Below the pieces are notes generated by a model that was not told the DNA's origin, did not search any database, and saw only the letters and a program-made list of their open reading frames with translations. Shown here one piece after another: positions 44,501 to 51,681 of a stretch of 64,000 bases of DNA; position 1 is the stretch's first letter, and every line of letters starts with the position of its first letter. The stretch covers positions 993-64,992 of the forward strand of contig JANQMA010000017.1 of NCBI GenBank assembly GCA_028280285.1, in the 5' to 3' direction. A program made the translations under genes and the position numbers. This DNA comes from Candidatus Omnitrophota bacterium. GTDB lineage: Bacteria > Omnitrophota > Gorgyraeia > Zapsychrales > Zapsychraceae.

Positions 44501-46034
44501 TCAAATTGAAAATATCATTATGCAGGCACAAGAAATTGGCGATATAGATATGGAAAATTATTTAATATATGTTTTGGAACAAGGAGTTAAAAAATTTATT
44601 AAATCTGATACGTCAGAATATATTCAGGCAGTAGGTAAAACAAAAATGGACGGTCGTGAAGTTGTTTCAATAGCCGAGGAATTACTTAATCAATCAAGAT
44701 CTGATGATGACGTGAAATTATTGGTTAAATTGGTTTTAATCCATGAATTTAATCATATTCTTGATCACAAATTAAATCGTTTATCATTAAACATTATGAA
44801 ATTAGTTGACATAAATCTTATAGAACGTTCGGCCTTGATTCGTTCAGCTGCATATTTTGATGGATTTATAAAGAAAGAAGGCGATGGATTAAATGATTTT
44901 ATTGTCATGTACCGATTTGATGGCGATAAAATTATGGCTTATACTTCAACAAATTCGGAAATATCTTCTGTGAAATCAGATTATCAAAAGCCACCTGTTA
45001 TCATGCCTGGGGAAAATCGGTATACATATTATGATCAATTAGCTAGAAAAGGAAATATTGTAACGTCTGAAGAAACTGGGTCTATATATTATTATGAGTC
45101 ATATAGAAAAGGGGGTGATGACACTACACTGGAAAAAAATGGTGTCGTTTCTGAAAAAAATGGTGTCGTTTCTGATTCCGAAGGTGTTGAAAACGCTACG
45201 TTGGCAAAGGGCGCTTCCGACAATGCCGCGATGGCGGATAATTCAGATAGTGATGAGGTTTTTATAGAACAAGATAATTATACTTTTAAATATCGACGAC
45301 CAACACAAATAGCAATGGCTTCGGTAACAGTGATGAATCCCAAAGGAGTTCATGGTGGTCCTTCACAATATATAACGGGTTTGGTTAAATCGTATCAAGA
45401 TATTTGGCCACTAACGATTAAAATGAAATTTAAGGGTGAATACATTGATACGAATGATGTGAAAAATATTATGGAATTGAAAATAAAACAAGGTGATGTA
45501 TTGGAAATAGAGATGTTTGGGAGTGAAGAAGGGGCTTTAAAGTTTGTGCAAAGTATGGCCGCAAGGGTAGCTGATTCTGAAACACGTAAAAAGTATGAAG
45601 CGAAAATCACAAGACAGCCATTAAATGAGGATGACGCAGCATTGACTAAAGGTGGTATAGACTTCGACGCCTCCAAAATGGATCTAGAGATTCGGACGGA
45701 ACAAAGCCAGATGCTCGATGCTCGCCCGCCCCGCCGCTTCGCGGCGGAAGCTGCGGGCCGGGGATGCTCGATGCTAGAGGACGAAGAGTTGCGAAAAGAG
45801 TGCCTTACTAACACCTCTAGTGGTATACAGTTTAAGTTTACTCCCCAACAGATTGAGGGGATGCGCCAGAATATTACGGGCTTTAATCCGGTGATTATTA
45901 ATATCCAGCCGATTGTGAACTTGCCGTTGTTTTTGGGGTTGAATGATATTGAGGACGCGCCGGATGAGACAGAAACGGTAGAGGCAGATGGTCAGGATCT
46001 TTTAGCAAGAATGGAGGAGTATTCATATAACTAG
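38520..46034 (+). CDS. giant (2504 aa) secreted modular protein: N-terminal domain, about 7 cargo modules joined by repeated linkers, C-terminal GGIDF domain
   Basis: Single ORF, GTG start after TAAGGA, signal peptide (...SINPVYA), recurring ENAAL-x5-DxA(A/V)M linkers, HPr-like, HExxH and GNAT-like segments. Confidence 0.85.
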   Translation: MKRTHWTYRCIALVVSCLFTVTSINPVYAQMQPTQAIAPKPLPLNVLSQPYEPILIKGLKVNQTNPFEMEFIVSDPWSVVRGQRNTDHRPQSTDHLEQESTQLIKYFLAALTTPEQDMWVNLSPYEKNRIIPESFGRTEMGRELLVQDYLLKQVTASLLHPDGEYGQEFWSKIATQTSEDIPLELFNKVWIMPDKAVVYENEGIAYVVEASLKVMLEEDYLAQQKSGPWSVVSDLSKNTTTDHRTQTTQIIRETIIPAIETEVNNSKNFAKLRQIYHSLILATWYKKKMQNAILTQVYADQNKTNGVSHNDPKAAEKIWQEYTKTFKEGAYNFIKEEYDPQTQQIVPRKYFSGGMAMEVVLSEPAALTSQQQETIPDNAYLVRVALNELTPDSDSAAMVKKKSADDFKYNVNIRTPKLQDQLPGLAKKREQTKKALIGYFNQMIHHNPFEMPKFNVNYNRIMHLLRHMIGFDAIGFSFSEQDPDGFITKAAVSNVLIPLIEQTKFPLSVDRMTQFVLEANLDNERQFKYIEALNDFKVFATSYSEGAENAALTAPAPDPAVMTQEEQLSIDPASLAELALAMTEKDVQDIAEVARLIKQNSDHYAKILLKEYNQTKDQFKNREEIIKIDAVVDDPTIQKLIKIFKRISRKTGKENSRNVSRSLMGLIYFYKYITYLYKPKYQMDVISDISLNILLGDIIRESNTKRGLKSSTIPIEDQMRNVVLDFADNLGNLVGRINALPKANTTEFAQVWASMINEDNFTRADLYQNIKSFGRVLEARRGRFLTFLRADRSLTREAKETLILKALAMNQEGKDPKAIVDELMQVWIPQFKRSEAIYGVLRMTGWESEIHRYQWGEYAKYAPFPVREITNVYRDIVGMHLDPHISSHDWTEYVGRPALSWFVQWKKIEAMTQLSFIPLEDPDGNLIYNDLQVNGVIPEEILKLVYKDVHPLATISGTEDKKWRTERWQLYKGHYYPPLESEWIEFVKMLLYSSQNRLKSRRGNHDAVIVKHAYNLKIGNLRYDLYQSNNLWRLQYPYGDISDLPFSDYGKSLQTAQVLHGLMMHHLVVKYGLINNAPAEHHDFIMRLSDMWQSFENDLEETLQNRGYTRENLRLHVLSNAHGVDGIKYLRELFINRIFRLREKKVTEEIRNLVESTLTEVDDVLTEEYEKRKDVENAALIKQRPALSVERIADSDINLTAKRHPLDTKTDPAAMVKQNLANIDQNIYEDIVDHLLWHKPNVIVKDHYRDILARFIHDNRKKEKKFWSREGKKIFSKEQVRTLLESWPGNNMQYKAHVNSSGNREISIILHQKIKPTFTIDLTFKRDGQVKLGKQFKSHQNYIVDRLEESYGIDRIEARVIAQIARRYWFKSVFIPMLREMEIDHLHGKKIDEKSTFFAEMGFKDGVLSVDPAAMAEQEQESKKDQSAPVSFNVGDELRRIYHNTTRPKIFKVEKWPGQAIQLRMEEDPLPRDKPPNSITDEDLTYRIYASVTHGKSAFYYPVAMRSGIFYKNDIVDLTKGWQITYNYPAVYKLIQNYRDKNGYASYLEAIDHLLENDEETRKYEKHLINQIISLFPILQIFYGFSSDEQVDEYFNQAPQQLENKGIASALLEYLGSYLPVGTKVKIIGANRPTVEALNKGTVFEDTLLGKMYTRIGFKVLSIEQKDGQNPIVVFQKTKNVKPRAKWKDVTKLGGHVLSVESGVVSDSEGVENAALSKVVPDSAVMVGLKTDPIELSMVEENYIRLLIENNYQKQTFQVMINDIKDPDRIHQLMTEVLKRKGYYRPEINNFNDRSRFPLEVPGDRGLILTSMGDGNEDILRFTVESNNVIMWKRPKIGGSKLGVAPVAYVWWATHPEIRKELSGKPMKGYKADYRQGRALEKAWIFKIALPDGAKDWNKYDYSGSFPVWQKDLKQNVENAALTEPAPDPAAMAKQEFERTDSAVVADQEGQYIIPGFDIIKYSVDSYDQENREARESREARYELNDWQEGVVLAQIENIIMQAQEIGDIDMENYLIYVLEQGVKKFIKSDTSEYIQAVGKTKMDGREVVSIAEELLNQSRSDDDVKLLVKLVLIHEFNHILDHKLNRLSLNIMKLVDINLIERSALIRSAAYFDGFIKKEGDGLNDFIVMYRFDGDKIMAYTSTNSEISSVKSDYQKPPVIMPGENRYTYYDQLARKGNIVTSEETGSIYYYESYRKGGDDTTLEKNGVVSEKNGVVSDSEGVENATLAKGASDNAAMADNSDSDEVFIEQDNYTFKYRRPTQIAMASVTVMNPKGVHGGPSQYITGLVKSYQDIWPLTIKMKFKGEYIDTNDVKNIMELKIKQGDVLEIEMFGSEEGALKFVQSMAARVADSETRKKYEAKITRQPLNEDDAALTKGGIDFDASKMDLEIRTEQSQMLDARPPRRFAAEAAGRGCSMLEDEELRKECLTNTSSGIQFKFTPQQIEGMRQNITGFNPVIINIQPIVNLPLFLGLNDIEDAPDETETVEADGQDLLARMEEYSYN
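38740..38804. repeat. in-frame heptamer-arm IR (GTGGTC family) in the giant gene
   Basis: GTGATCC (GTGGTCC)x2 GTGGTCA ... GATCACA GACCACA GAGCACA GACCAC; encodes SDPWSVVRGQRNTDHRPQSTDH. Confidence 0.9.
39196..39262. repeat. in-frame heptamer-arm IR (GTGGTC family) in the giant gene
   Basis: Encodes SGPWSVVSDLSKNTTTDHRTQT. Confidence 0.9.
42067..42143. repeat. in-frame heptamer-arm IR (AGCGTA/ACGCT family) inside a giant-gene linker
   Basis: AGCGTCC AGCGTTG AGCGTAG AGCGTAT AGCGGAT AG ... CT AACCGCT AAACGCC ATCCGCT AGACACT. Confidence 0.85.
45710..45777. repeat. in-frame GATGCTC heptamer array interrupted by a GC-rich hairpin
   Basis: GATGCTCGATGCTCG [CCCGCCCCGCCGCTTCGCGGCGGAAGCTGCGGGCCGGG] GATGCTCGATGCTAG. 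Confidence 0.75.
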
Positions 46035-46065
46035 TGATAGAGTGATAAAGTGGTAGTAGTGATAG
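46032..46065 (+). repeat. octamer array (AGTGATAR), left arm only; overlaps the giant-gene stop
   Basis: TAGTGATAG AGTGATAA AGTGGTAGT AGTGATAG; same family as 54636-54840. Confidence 0.65.
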
Positions 46066-46071
46066 GTTGGT

Positions 46072-46374
46072 TTATTGGCTTGCTAGGAATTGTTTGACCT
46101 GATCGTGATTGCCAGCAAAGATTGCATAACAATTTGATTTATTTCTTTCAATCACAACGCGTAACTTTCCTTCAACACCTGCTTCATGAAACGGCTTTCT
46201 TAATTGTTTATAGAAGAATCGAGGTTCAGTTTGACGTGTTTTTTCCAAATTACAATTAGATTGATAATAGATTGTCAATGCTTTTAATGTACGTTGAACA
46301 ACTTTAATTTGATTGGGGTCAAATTTCTTAAGACTGCGCTTAAATGAAGAAAAATAGAGAAGAATTAAAGGTAT
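46072..46374 (-). pseudogene. RelE/YafQ-like toxin whose coupled start codon reads ATA
   Basis: The frame extends upstream of the ORF-track start to (I)PLILLYFSSFKRSLKKFDPNQIKVV...LRVVIER...AGNHDQV; TAATA is found where coupled TAATG is expected. Confidence 0.65.
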
Positions 46375-46631
46375 TACGTGGTTTCTTTTCCTAATTCATC
46401 AATAAATTTTTTTGTTACTTTTTTTGCTGTATGCCGTTCTTTTTTACAGATTTCTTCCATTTTTGCATATTCGGCATCGGTGTAAATTTTCTCTACCACT
46501 TCAACAGGAATAAGTTGAATTTTGTTACCTGTAATTTTTACATCAAACATGGCGCCTTCATTCAGTTCAAGGGCGGTGACGATTTTTTTAGGGATGGTGA
46601 TTTGGTTTTTGGATGTCATTGTTATGGTCAT
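46374..46631 (-). CDS. AbrB/MazE-family antitoxin
   Basis: MTSKNQITIPKKIVTALELNEG; SD AGGAGG before ATG 46631. Confidence 0.9.
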   Translation of the reverse strand: MTITMTSKNQITIPKKIVTALELNEGAMFDVKITGNKIQLIPVEVVEKIYTDAEYAKMEEICKKERHTAKKVTKKFIDELGKETT

Positions 46632-46767
46632 GATCAAACCCTCCTGAGACAACGGTTAAATTTAACGGTCTAGATAAAGTATACCACATTTCCATAATTC
46701 CGTAAGTAAGGAAGTAAGGAATATATGATGAGCCGGGGGAACAACTGACGCAGTTGAATAGGTCCTG

Positions 46768-46842
46768 TTGCTATTTTGCTCTTTATATGCTATACTTTAT
46801 TCAGAATAATTCAGAATTACTGAATAATACTGAATTTCAGAA
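46768..46842 (+). promoter_or_regulatory. TA promoter with repeated operator-like sites
   Basis: TTGCTA-N17-TATACT with TG extension, followed by repeats TTCAGAAT/TACTGAAT. Confidence 0.6.
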
Positions 46843-46856
46843 AAGGAGATAGGCCA

Positions 46857-47135
46857 ATGATTATGATACCGCCTAAATCAGTCAAATTGTGGGGACGCGG
46901 CCAGTTGACGATTCCCAAAGAGGTGCGGGAAGCTCTCAAGCTGGATGATGAGACCCAGTTAAACGTTTTTGCCGTTGGGCAGTGCCTTGTCTTGACACCC
47001 AAGCGTCTTATGCGTAAGCAGTTAGCCAAAGATGTGGCCAAGAGTATAAAAAAACAAGATCTTAAGCTTAATGATTTGTTAAGTGATCTTAAAAAGGAAC
47101 GCCGAAAATACGTTGATGAAAAATATGGAAAATAA
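46857..47135 (+). CDS. AbrB/MazE-family antitoxin (VapB-like)
   Basis: KLWGRGQLTIPKEVREALKL. Confidence 0.9.
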   Translation: MIMIPPKSVKLWGRGQLTIPKEVREALKLDDETQLNVFAVGQCLVLTPKRLMRKQLAKDVAKSIKKQDLKLNDLLSDLKKERRKYVDEKYGK

Positions 47136-47577
47136 TCAATGGCATGTTTTTCTGGATACCAATGTTATTATTGCCGGTCTTATTTCTTCTAGAGGAGCAT
47201 CATCCGCCATTTTGGATCTAGGCGAAGCCGAAGAAATCCGTATTGTCATTAGTCAGCACGTTTTGGTTGAGGCTGACCGTGTTTTTCTTGCCAAATTTCC
47301 TGATTTGATTGTCCGGTTCCGTGAGTTTATTAAAAACTTATCTCCTTTGTTATTAGATGATCCTAGTCCTAAAGTCGTTCATGCAGCTAGTGAAGTTATT
47401 GAATCGGGCGACGCACCAATTTTAGCAGCTGTGAAGTCTGAAAATATCGATTATTTGGTAACGCTTGATACGAAACATTTCAAGACAAAAAAAGTGCGTG
47501 CATACGTCACAACCCCGATTGTTACGCCATCAGAGTTTCTTAAAGCGTTTAGAGAGTTTTGGGAAGAAGCGGGTTAA
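47125..47577 (+). CDS. PIN-domain toxin (VapC-like)
   Basis: VFLDTNVII, E, DAPILAA, LVTLDTKHF. Confidence 0.9.
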   Translation: MENNQWHVFLDTNVIIAGLISSRGASSAILDLGEAEEIRIVISQHVLVEADRVFLAKFPDLIVRFREFIKNLSPLLLDDPSPKVVHAASEVIESGDAPILAAVKSENIDYLVTLDTKHFKTKKVRAYVTTPIVTPSEFLKAFREFWEEAG

Positions 47578-47586
47578 TCTAAATAG

Positions 47587-47615
47587 TTGCCAGCCCGCAA
47601 GGGCTTTGTTATAAT
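47587..47615 (+). promoter_or_regulatory. sigma70 promoter of dnaE
   Basis: TTGCCA-N17-TATAAT with TG extension. Confidence 0.7.
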
Positions 47616-47624
47616 CCTTCCACA

Positions 47625-50600
47625 ATGAACCAAAGCAAGTTTGTCCACCTTCATGTCCACACGCAGTACAGCCTCCTCGATGGGGCCTGCCGCATTAAAG
47701 AATTAATCAAAAAGGCCAAAGAGTATGACATGCCGGCACTCGCCATCACCGATCATGGCAATATGTTCGGCGCGGTTGAGTTTTATAGGGCATGCCAAAG
47801 CGAAGGCATTAAACCGATCATCGGCTGTGAGGTGTATGTGGCGATGAACGGCTCACGGCTTGAGAAAACGCCGGCCAACCGGGCCACCAATCACCTGACA
47901 CTTTTTGTCAAAGACTTTGAAGGGTATAAAAACCTGCTTAAACTCGTCTCGACGGCCTCGATCGACGGTTTTTATTATTTCCCGCGTATTGATAAAGAGC
48001 TTCTCGCTCAGCATTCCAAAGGACTGATCTGTTCTTCCGGTTGCCTTAAAGGCGAAGTGGCCTGGCATTTGCGCGATAGCAATTACAATGCGGCGCTTAA
48101 GGCGGCCGATGAGCACCTGCGTATTTTCGGCAAAGACAATTACTACATTGAGATGATGAACCACGGCATTGATGTGCAAAAAGAGGTTAATGAGGGGCTT
48201 ATGAAAATCGCCCGCGAACTTGATGTGCCGGTGATCGCGACCAATGATGTGCATTATTTAGAGAAAAAACACGCCAAGGCCCACGAAGCATTACTTTGTA
48301 TTCAAACCCAGACCACGCTTGATGATCCGCGCCGCATGCGGCTTAATGCCGATGAGTATTATTTCAAATCAGCCGAAGAAATGACAAAACTCTTTGACTG
48401 GTGTCCCGCGGCTGTTTCTAACACTGTCAAACTTGCCGATAAATGTAACTTTGATTTTGATTTCGACACCTTTCACATGCCCAACTACACGCCACCGGGC
48501 GGCAAATCGCAGAGTGAATTCTTGCGTGAATTATGTGAAGAGGGCATTAAGACACGTTACGGCCAAGAAACCGAAGAGATCCGCGAGCGCCTTGAATACG
48601 AGTTTTCGGTGATCGAGAAGATGGGATTCATCAGTTATTTTATTATCACCTGGGATTTTATTCATTATGCCAAGGAGCACGGCATTCCGGTCGGCCCGGG
48701 CCGTGGTTCGGCCGCGGGGAGTATCGTCAGTTATCTGATCGGCATCACTGACCTTGATCCGCTTAAATATGGGCTTCTGTTTGAACGTTTTCTCAATCCT
48801 GATCGCGCCGGTATGCCGGATATCGATATCGACTTTTGTTATGAGCGCCGTCCGGAAGTTATTGAATATGTGAATCAAAAATACAGTAAAGAAAATGTCG
48901 CGCAGATCATTACGTTTGGAACGCTTCAGGCGCGCGCGGCGATCCGCGATGTCGGACGCGTTATGGGCGCCAGCTACAGTGATGTCGACCGCATCGCGAA
49001 ACTCATTCCAAACGATCTCGGCATCACCATTGATGAGGCGCTTGCCAAAGAGCCGCAGCTGCCTGATCTTATGAAAAAGGACCGCCAGGTCCGCGATATT
49101 GTGGAGATGGCCCGCACATTGGAAGGGCTTAATCGTCACACCTCCATGCATGCGGCCGGCGTTGTGATTGCCGATAAAAACCTGGTCGAATACTGTCCGA
49201 TTGTCAAAACCAATGATGGGCATATGACCACCGGCTATTCCATGAAATGGGTCGCTGAAATCGGTCTTTTGAAAATGGATTTTCTCGGCCTGCGTACACT
49301 AACCGTTATTGATGATGCGATTAAGCTTGTTAAAAAACGGCATAACATCGATATTAATCCGCAGGAAATTCCTCTCGATGATAAGAAGACGTATGACATG
49401 CTTTCCCGCGCGCGCAGTTTTGGTGTGTTCCAGCTGGAAAGTGCCGGGATGCGTGAGCTTTTAAAGAAAGTTAAACCGTCTGATTTTGAAGACATCATCT
49501 CGGTTCTTGCGCTTTATCGCCCCGGGCCGATGGGAAGCGGCATGCTTGATGATTTTATTAAGCGTAAAAGCGGGCGCGTGGCCTTTGAGTATGATCATCC
49601 CAAACTCGAGCCGGTCTTAAAAGATACTTACGGCATTATTATTTACCAAGAGCAGGTTATGCAGATTCCGGTGGTCCTTGCAGGTTTTACCCTGACACAA
49701 GCCGATCACCTGCGCCGGGCGATGAGTAAAAAGATTCAAAGCGTTATGGACCGGATGCGTACGGATTTTGTGAAGGGGTGTGTGAAGCATAGCCAGATGA
49801 CCGAGGCCAAGGCGAATGATCTTTTTGATTTGATCGATTATTTCTCCGGCTATGGCTTTAACCGCAGCCATTCAGCGGCCTATGCCTTTATTACGTTTCA
49901 AACCGCGTATCTTAAAGCCAACTATCCGGTGGAATGCATGTGCGCGATTCTTAACAGTGAGCTTAACAATACCGATAAGGTCGTTGAATATGTCAAAGAG
50001 TGTGAGGTTATGGGGATTAAAGTCTTGCCACCGGATATTAATGAAAGTTTTAAACAGTTTCATGTGGTTGATGACACAACAATCCGTTTTGGACTTCTGG
50101 CGGTTAAAAATGTTGGGTCAAGCGCCATTGATTCAATTGTGGACGGTCGCAAGGACGGAACCTATACATCGATTCAGGATGTTTGCGACAGAGTTGATTT
50201 GAGGCAAGTGAACAAAAAGGTCTTTGAAAGTTTGATTAAATCCGGCGCGGCCGACTCTTTGCAAGGATTTAGATCGCAGAAGCTGGCGATTTTAGAACGC
50301 AGCTTGGAGCTTGGCGGTAAAACGCAAAAAGAAAAGGCTGCAGGCCAAGTATCTTTTTTTGATATGATGGATGATTCGGGTGGATTTGATACGGAAACCG
50401 AAAAATTGCCTGATCTCGCGGAATGGGAAGATAATCAAAAACTTTCGTTTGAAAAAGAAGTCCTCGGATTTTATGTGAGCGGCCATCCTTTGTCGCATTA
50501 TCAAGTGGAGATTAAAGAATTTACCAATCTTACGTCCAAGTCTTTGGACCAAACGCGTGATGGCGCGGATGTGCGCATTGTCGGGATGATTTCGGCGGTT

Positions 50601-51059
50601 AAATTGACTAACACGCGTAAAAACAATGAACGCATGGCGATTATCAGGGTTGAAGATTTGGATGGGGAGGTGGAAGTTGTTATTTTTCCATCTGATTATG
50701 TGCAGCTTTCGAGTCACTTAATCGTTGGCGAGGTTGTGTTTTTGACAGGTAAGGTCAATATCCGTAATGACCGGGCGAGCATTGTTGCCTCTGATCTCAA
50801 ACGTGTGCAGGATGTTTATGATTCGATCAAGGCGATTAATGTTGATCTAAGTACCATAGATGATACTCATTTAGGAAAACTTAAGGGTAAACTCACATCT
50901 CATCCGGGGCGTGTGCCTGTTTTTCTTAATGTGCATACCAATGAACACAAAAGTGTCCAAATCCTTGTCGGAGAAGACCTTCATGTCTCGCCTAATGAAA
51001 GTTTGATGAACGAAATCAAGTCTATTGTCGGTCGTGAAAACTTTTCGGTTACGTTCTAA
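47625..51059 (+). CDS. dnaE: DNA polymerase III alpha subunit
   Basis: PHP HLHVHTQYSLLDG, GPGRGSAAGS, PDIDIDF, YGFNRSHS, OB fold. Confidence 0.98.
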   Translation: MNQSKFVHLHVHTQYSLLDGACRIKELIKKAKEYDMPALAITDHGNMFGAVEFYRACQSEGIKPIIGCEVYVAMNGSRLEKTPANRATNHLTLFVKDFEGYKNLLKLVSTASIDGFYYFPRIDKELLAQHSKGLICSSGCLKGEVAWHLRDSNYNAALKAADEHLRIFGKDNYYIEMMNHGIDVQKEVNEGLMKIARELDVPVIATNDVHYLEKKHAKAHEALLCIQTQTTLDDPRRMRLNADEYYFKSAEEMTKLFDWCPAAVSNTVKLADKCNFDFDFDTFHMPNYTPPGGKSQSEFLRELCEEGIKTRYGQETEEIRERLEYEFSVIEKMGFISYFIITWDFIHYAKEHGIPVGPGRGSAAGSIVSYLIGITDLDPLKYGLLFERFLNPDRAGMPDIDIDFCYERRPEVIEYVNQKYSKENVAQIITFGTLQARAAIRDVGRVMGASYSDVDRIAKLIPNDLGITIDEALAKEPQLPDLMKKDRQVRDIVEMARTLEGLNRHTSMHAAGVVIADKNLVEYCPIVKTNDGHMTTGYSMKWVAEIGLLKMDFLGLRTLTVIDDAIKLVKKRHNIDINPQEIPLDDKKTYDMLSRARSFGVFQLESAGMRELLKKVKPSDFEDIISVLALYRPGPMGSGMLDDFIKRKSGRVAFEYDHPKLEPVLKDTYGIIIYQEQVMQIPVVLAGFTLTQADHLRRAMSKKIQSVMDRMRTDFVKGCVKHSQMTEAKANDLFDLIDYFSGYGFNRSHSAAYAFITFQTAYLKANYPVECMCAILNSELNNTDKVVEYVKECEVMGIKVLPPDINESFKQFHVVDDTTIRFGLLAVKNVGSSAIDSIVDGRKDGTYTSIQDVCDRVDLRQVNKKVFESLIKSGAADSLQGFRSQKLAILERSLELGGKTQKEKAAGQVSFFDMMDDSGGFDTETEKLPDLAEWEDNQKLSFEKEVLGFYVSGHPLSHYQVEIKEFTNLTSKSLDQTRDGADVRIVGMISAVKLTNTRKNNERMAIIRVEDLDGEVEVVIFPSDYVQLSSHLIVGEVVFLTGKVNIRNDRASIVASDLKRVQDVYDSIKAINVDLSTIDDTHLGKLKGKLTSHPGRVPVFLNVHTNEHKSVQILVGEDLHVSPNESLMNEIKSIVGRENFSVTF

Positions 51060-51084
51060 GAGAAATAAAAGTGGTTGTAATAAA

Positions 51085-51158
51085 TTAGGTTAAAGGTTTT
51101 AGGTATTAGGTTTTAGTAAAACAAATGGCTAACACCCAACGCCTGAAACCTAAAACCT
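51085..51158. repeat. heptamer-arm IR, AGGTT/AACCT family
   Basis: TTAGGTT AAAGGTT TTAGGTA TTAGGTT TTAG ... CTAACAC CCAACGC CTGAAAC CTAAAAC CT. Confidence 0.8.
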
Positions 51159-51195
51159 TCTGTCATTTAACCAATCCTTGCTCCCATATTTTCCC

Positions 51196-51224
51196 TTGAC
51201 ACCTTAAACCATTGTTGTTACGAT
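51196..51224 (+). promoter_or_regulatory. sigma70 promoter of the ihf/hup gene
   Basis: TTGACA-N17-TACGAT. Confidence 0.65.
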
Positions 51225-51302
51225 ACTTAGCATTGATCCCCGCTTTGCCCACTTACAGCTGCGCAATGAGAATCCGGCAAAGCGAGAACAGGAGGAAATA
51301 CG

Positions 51303-51575
51303 ATGACCAAAAAGGACATTGTTCTAAAAATCACGGATATGACTGGGATTAAACAAGTTGACGTAAAACGCATAGTGCAGAAGACTTTTGATGTTATCGT
51401 CGAAAGCCTTGTCAGAGACGAAAAAGTGGAATTGCGTAACTTTGGTGTGTTTAAAATCAAAGAACGTAAAGCCCGTTTCGGACGCAACCCGCGTACTGGG
51501 GAAAGCGTACCTGTGCCGCCGCGTAAAGTCGTTATCTTTAAGCCCGGTTTAGAGATGAAACAGCGTATTAAGTAA
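51303..51575 (+). CDS. HU/IHF-family DNA-binding protein
   Basis: MTKKDIV, VELRNFGVF, GRNPRTGE, FKPG. Confidence 0.95.
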   Translation: MTKKDIVLKITDMTGIKQVDVKRIVQKTFDVIVESLVRDEKVELRNFGVFKIKERKARFGRNPRTGESVPVPPRKVVIFKPGLEMKQRIK

Positions 51576-51629
51576 TTTGGCTTAAAGGCTATTACTTACG
51601 TAAATATATCTTATTTAATAGGTTATGAA

Positions 51630-51671
51630 AATACCCCGCCATTTCTAAGAGTGTAGAAAGGGCGGGGTATT
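51630..51671. repeat. GC-rich hairpin (REP-like or terminator-like)
   Basis: AATACCCCGCC-A-TTTCTA...TAGAAA-G-GGCGGGGTATT. Confidence 0.6.
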
Positions 51672-51681
51672 AAGGTTTTTT

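Noticed and set aside
39686-45665. Integron attC sites or a DGR template/variable repeat pair in the giant gene
   Set aside because: Linkers lack RYYYAAC/GTTRRRY ends and palindromy, mismatches between copies are not adenine-specific, and there is no integrase or reverse transcriptase in the window.
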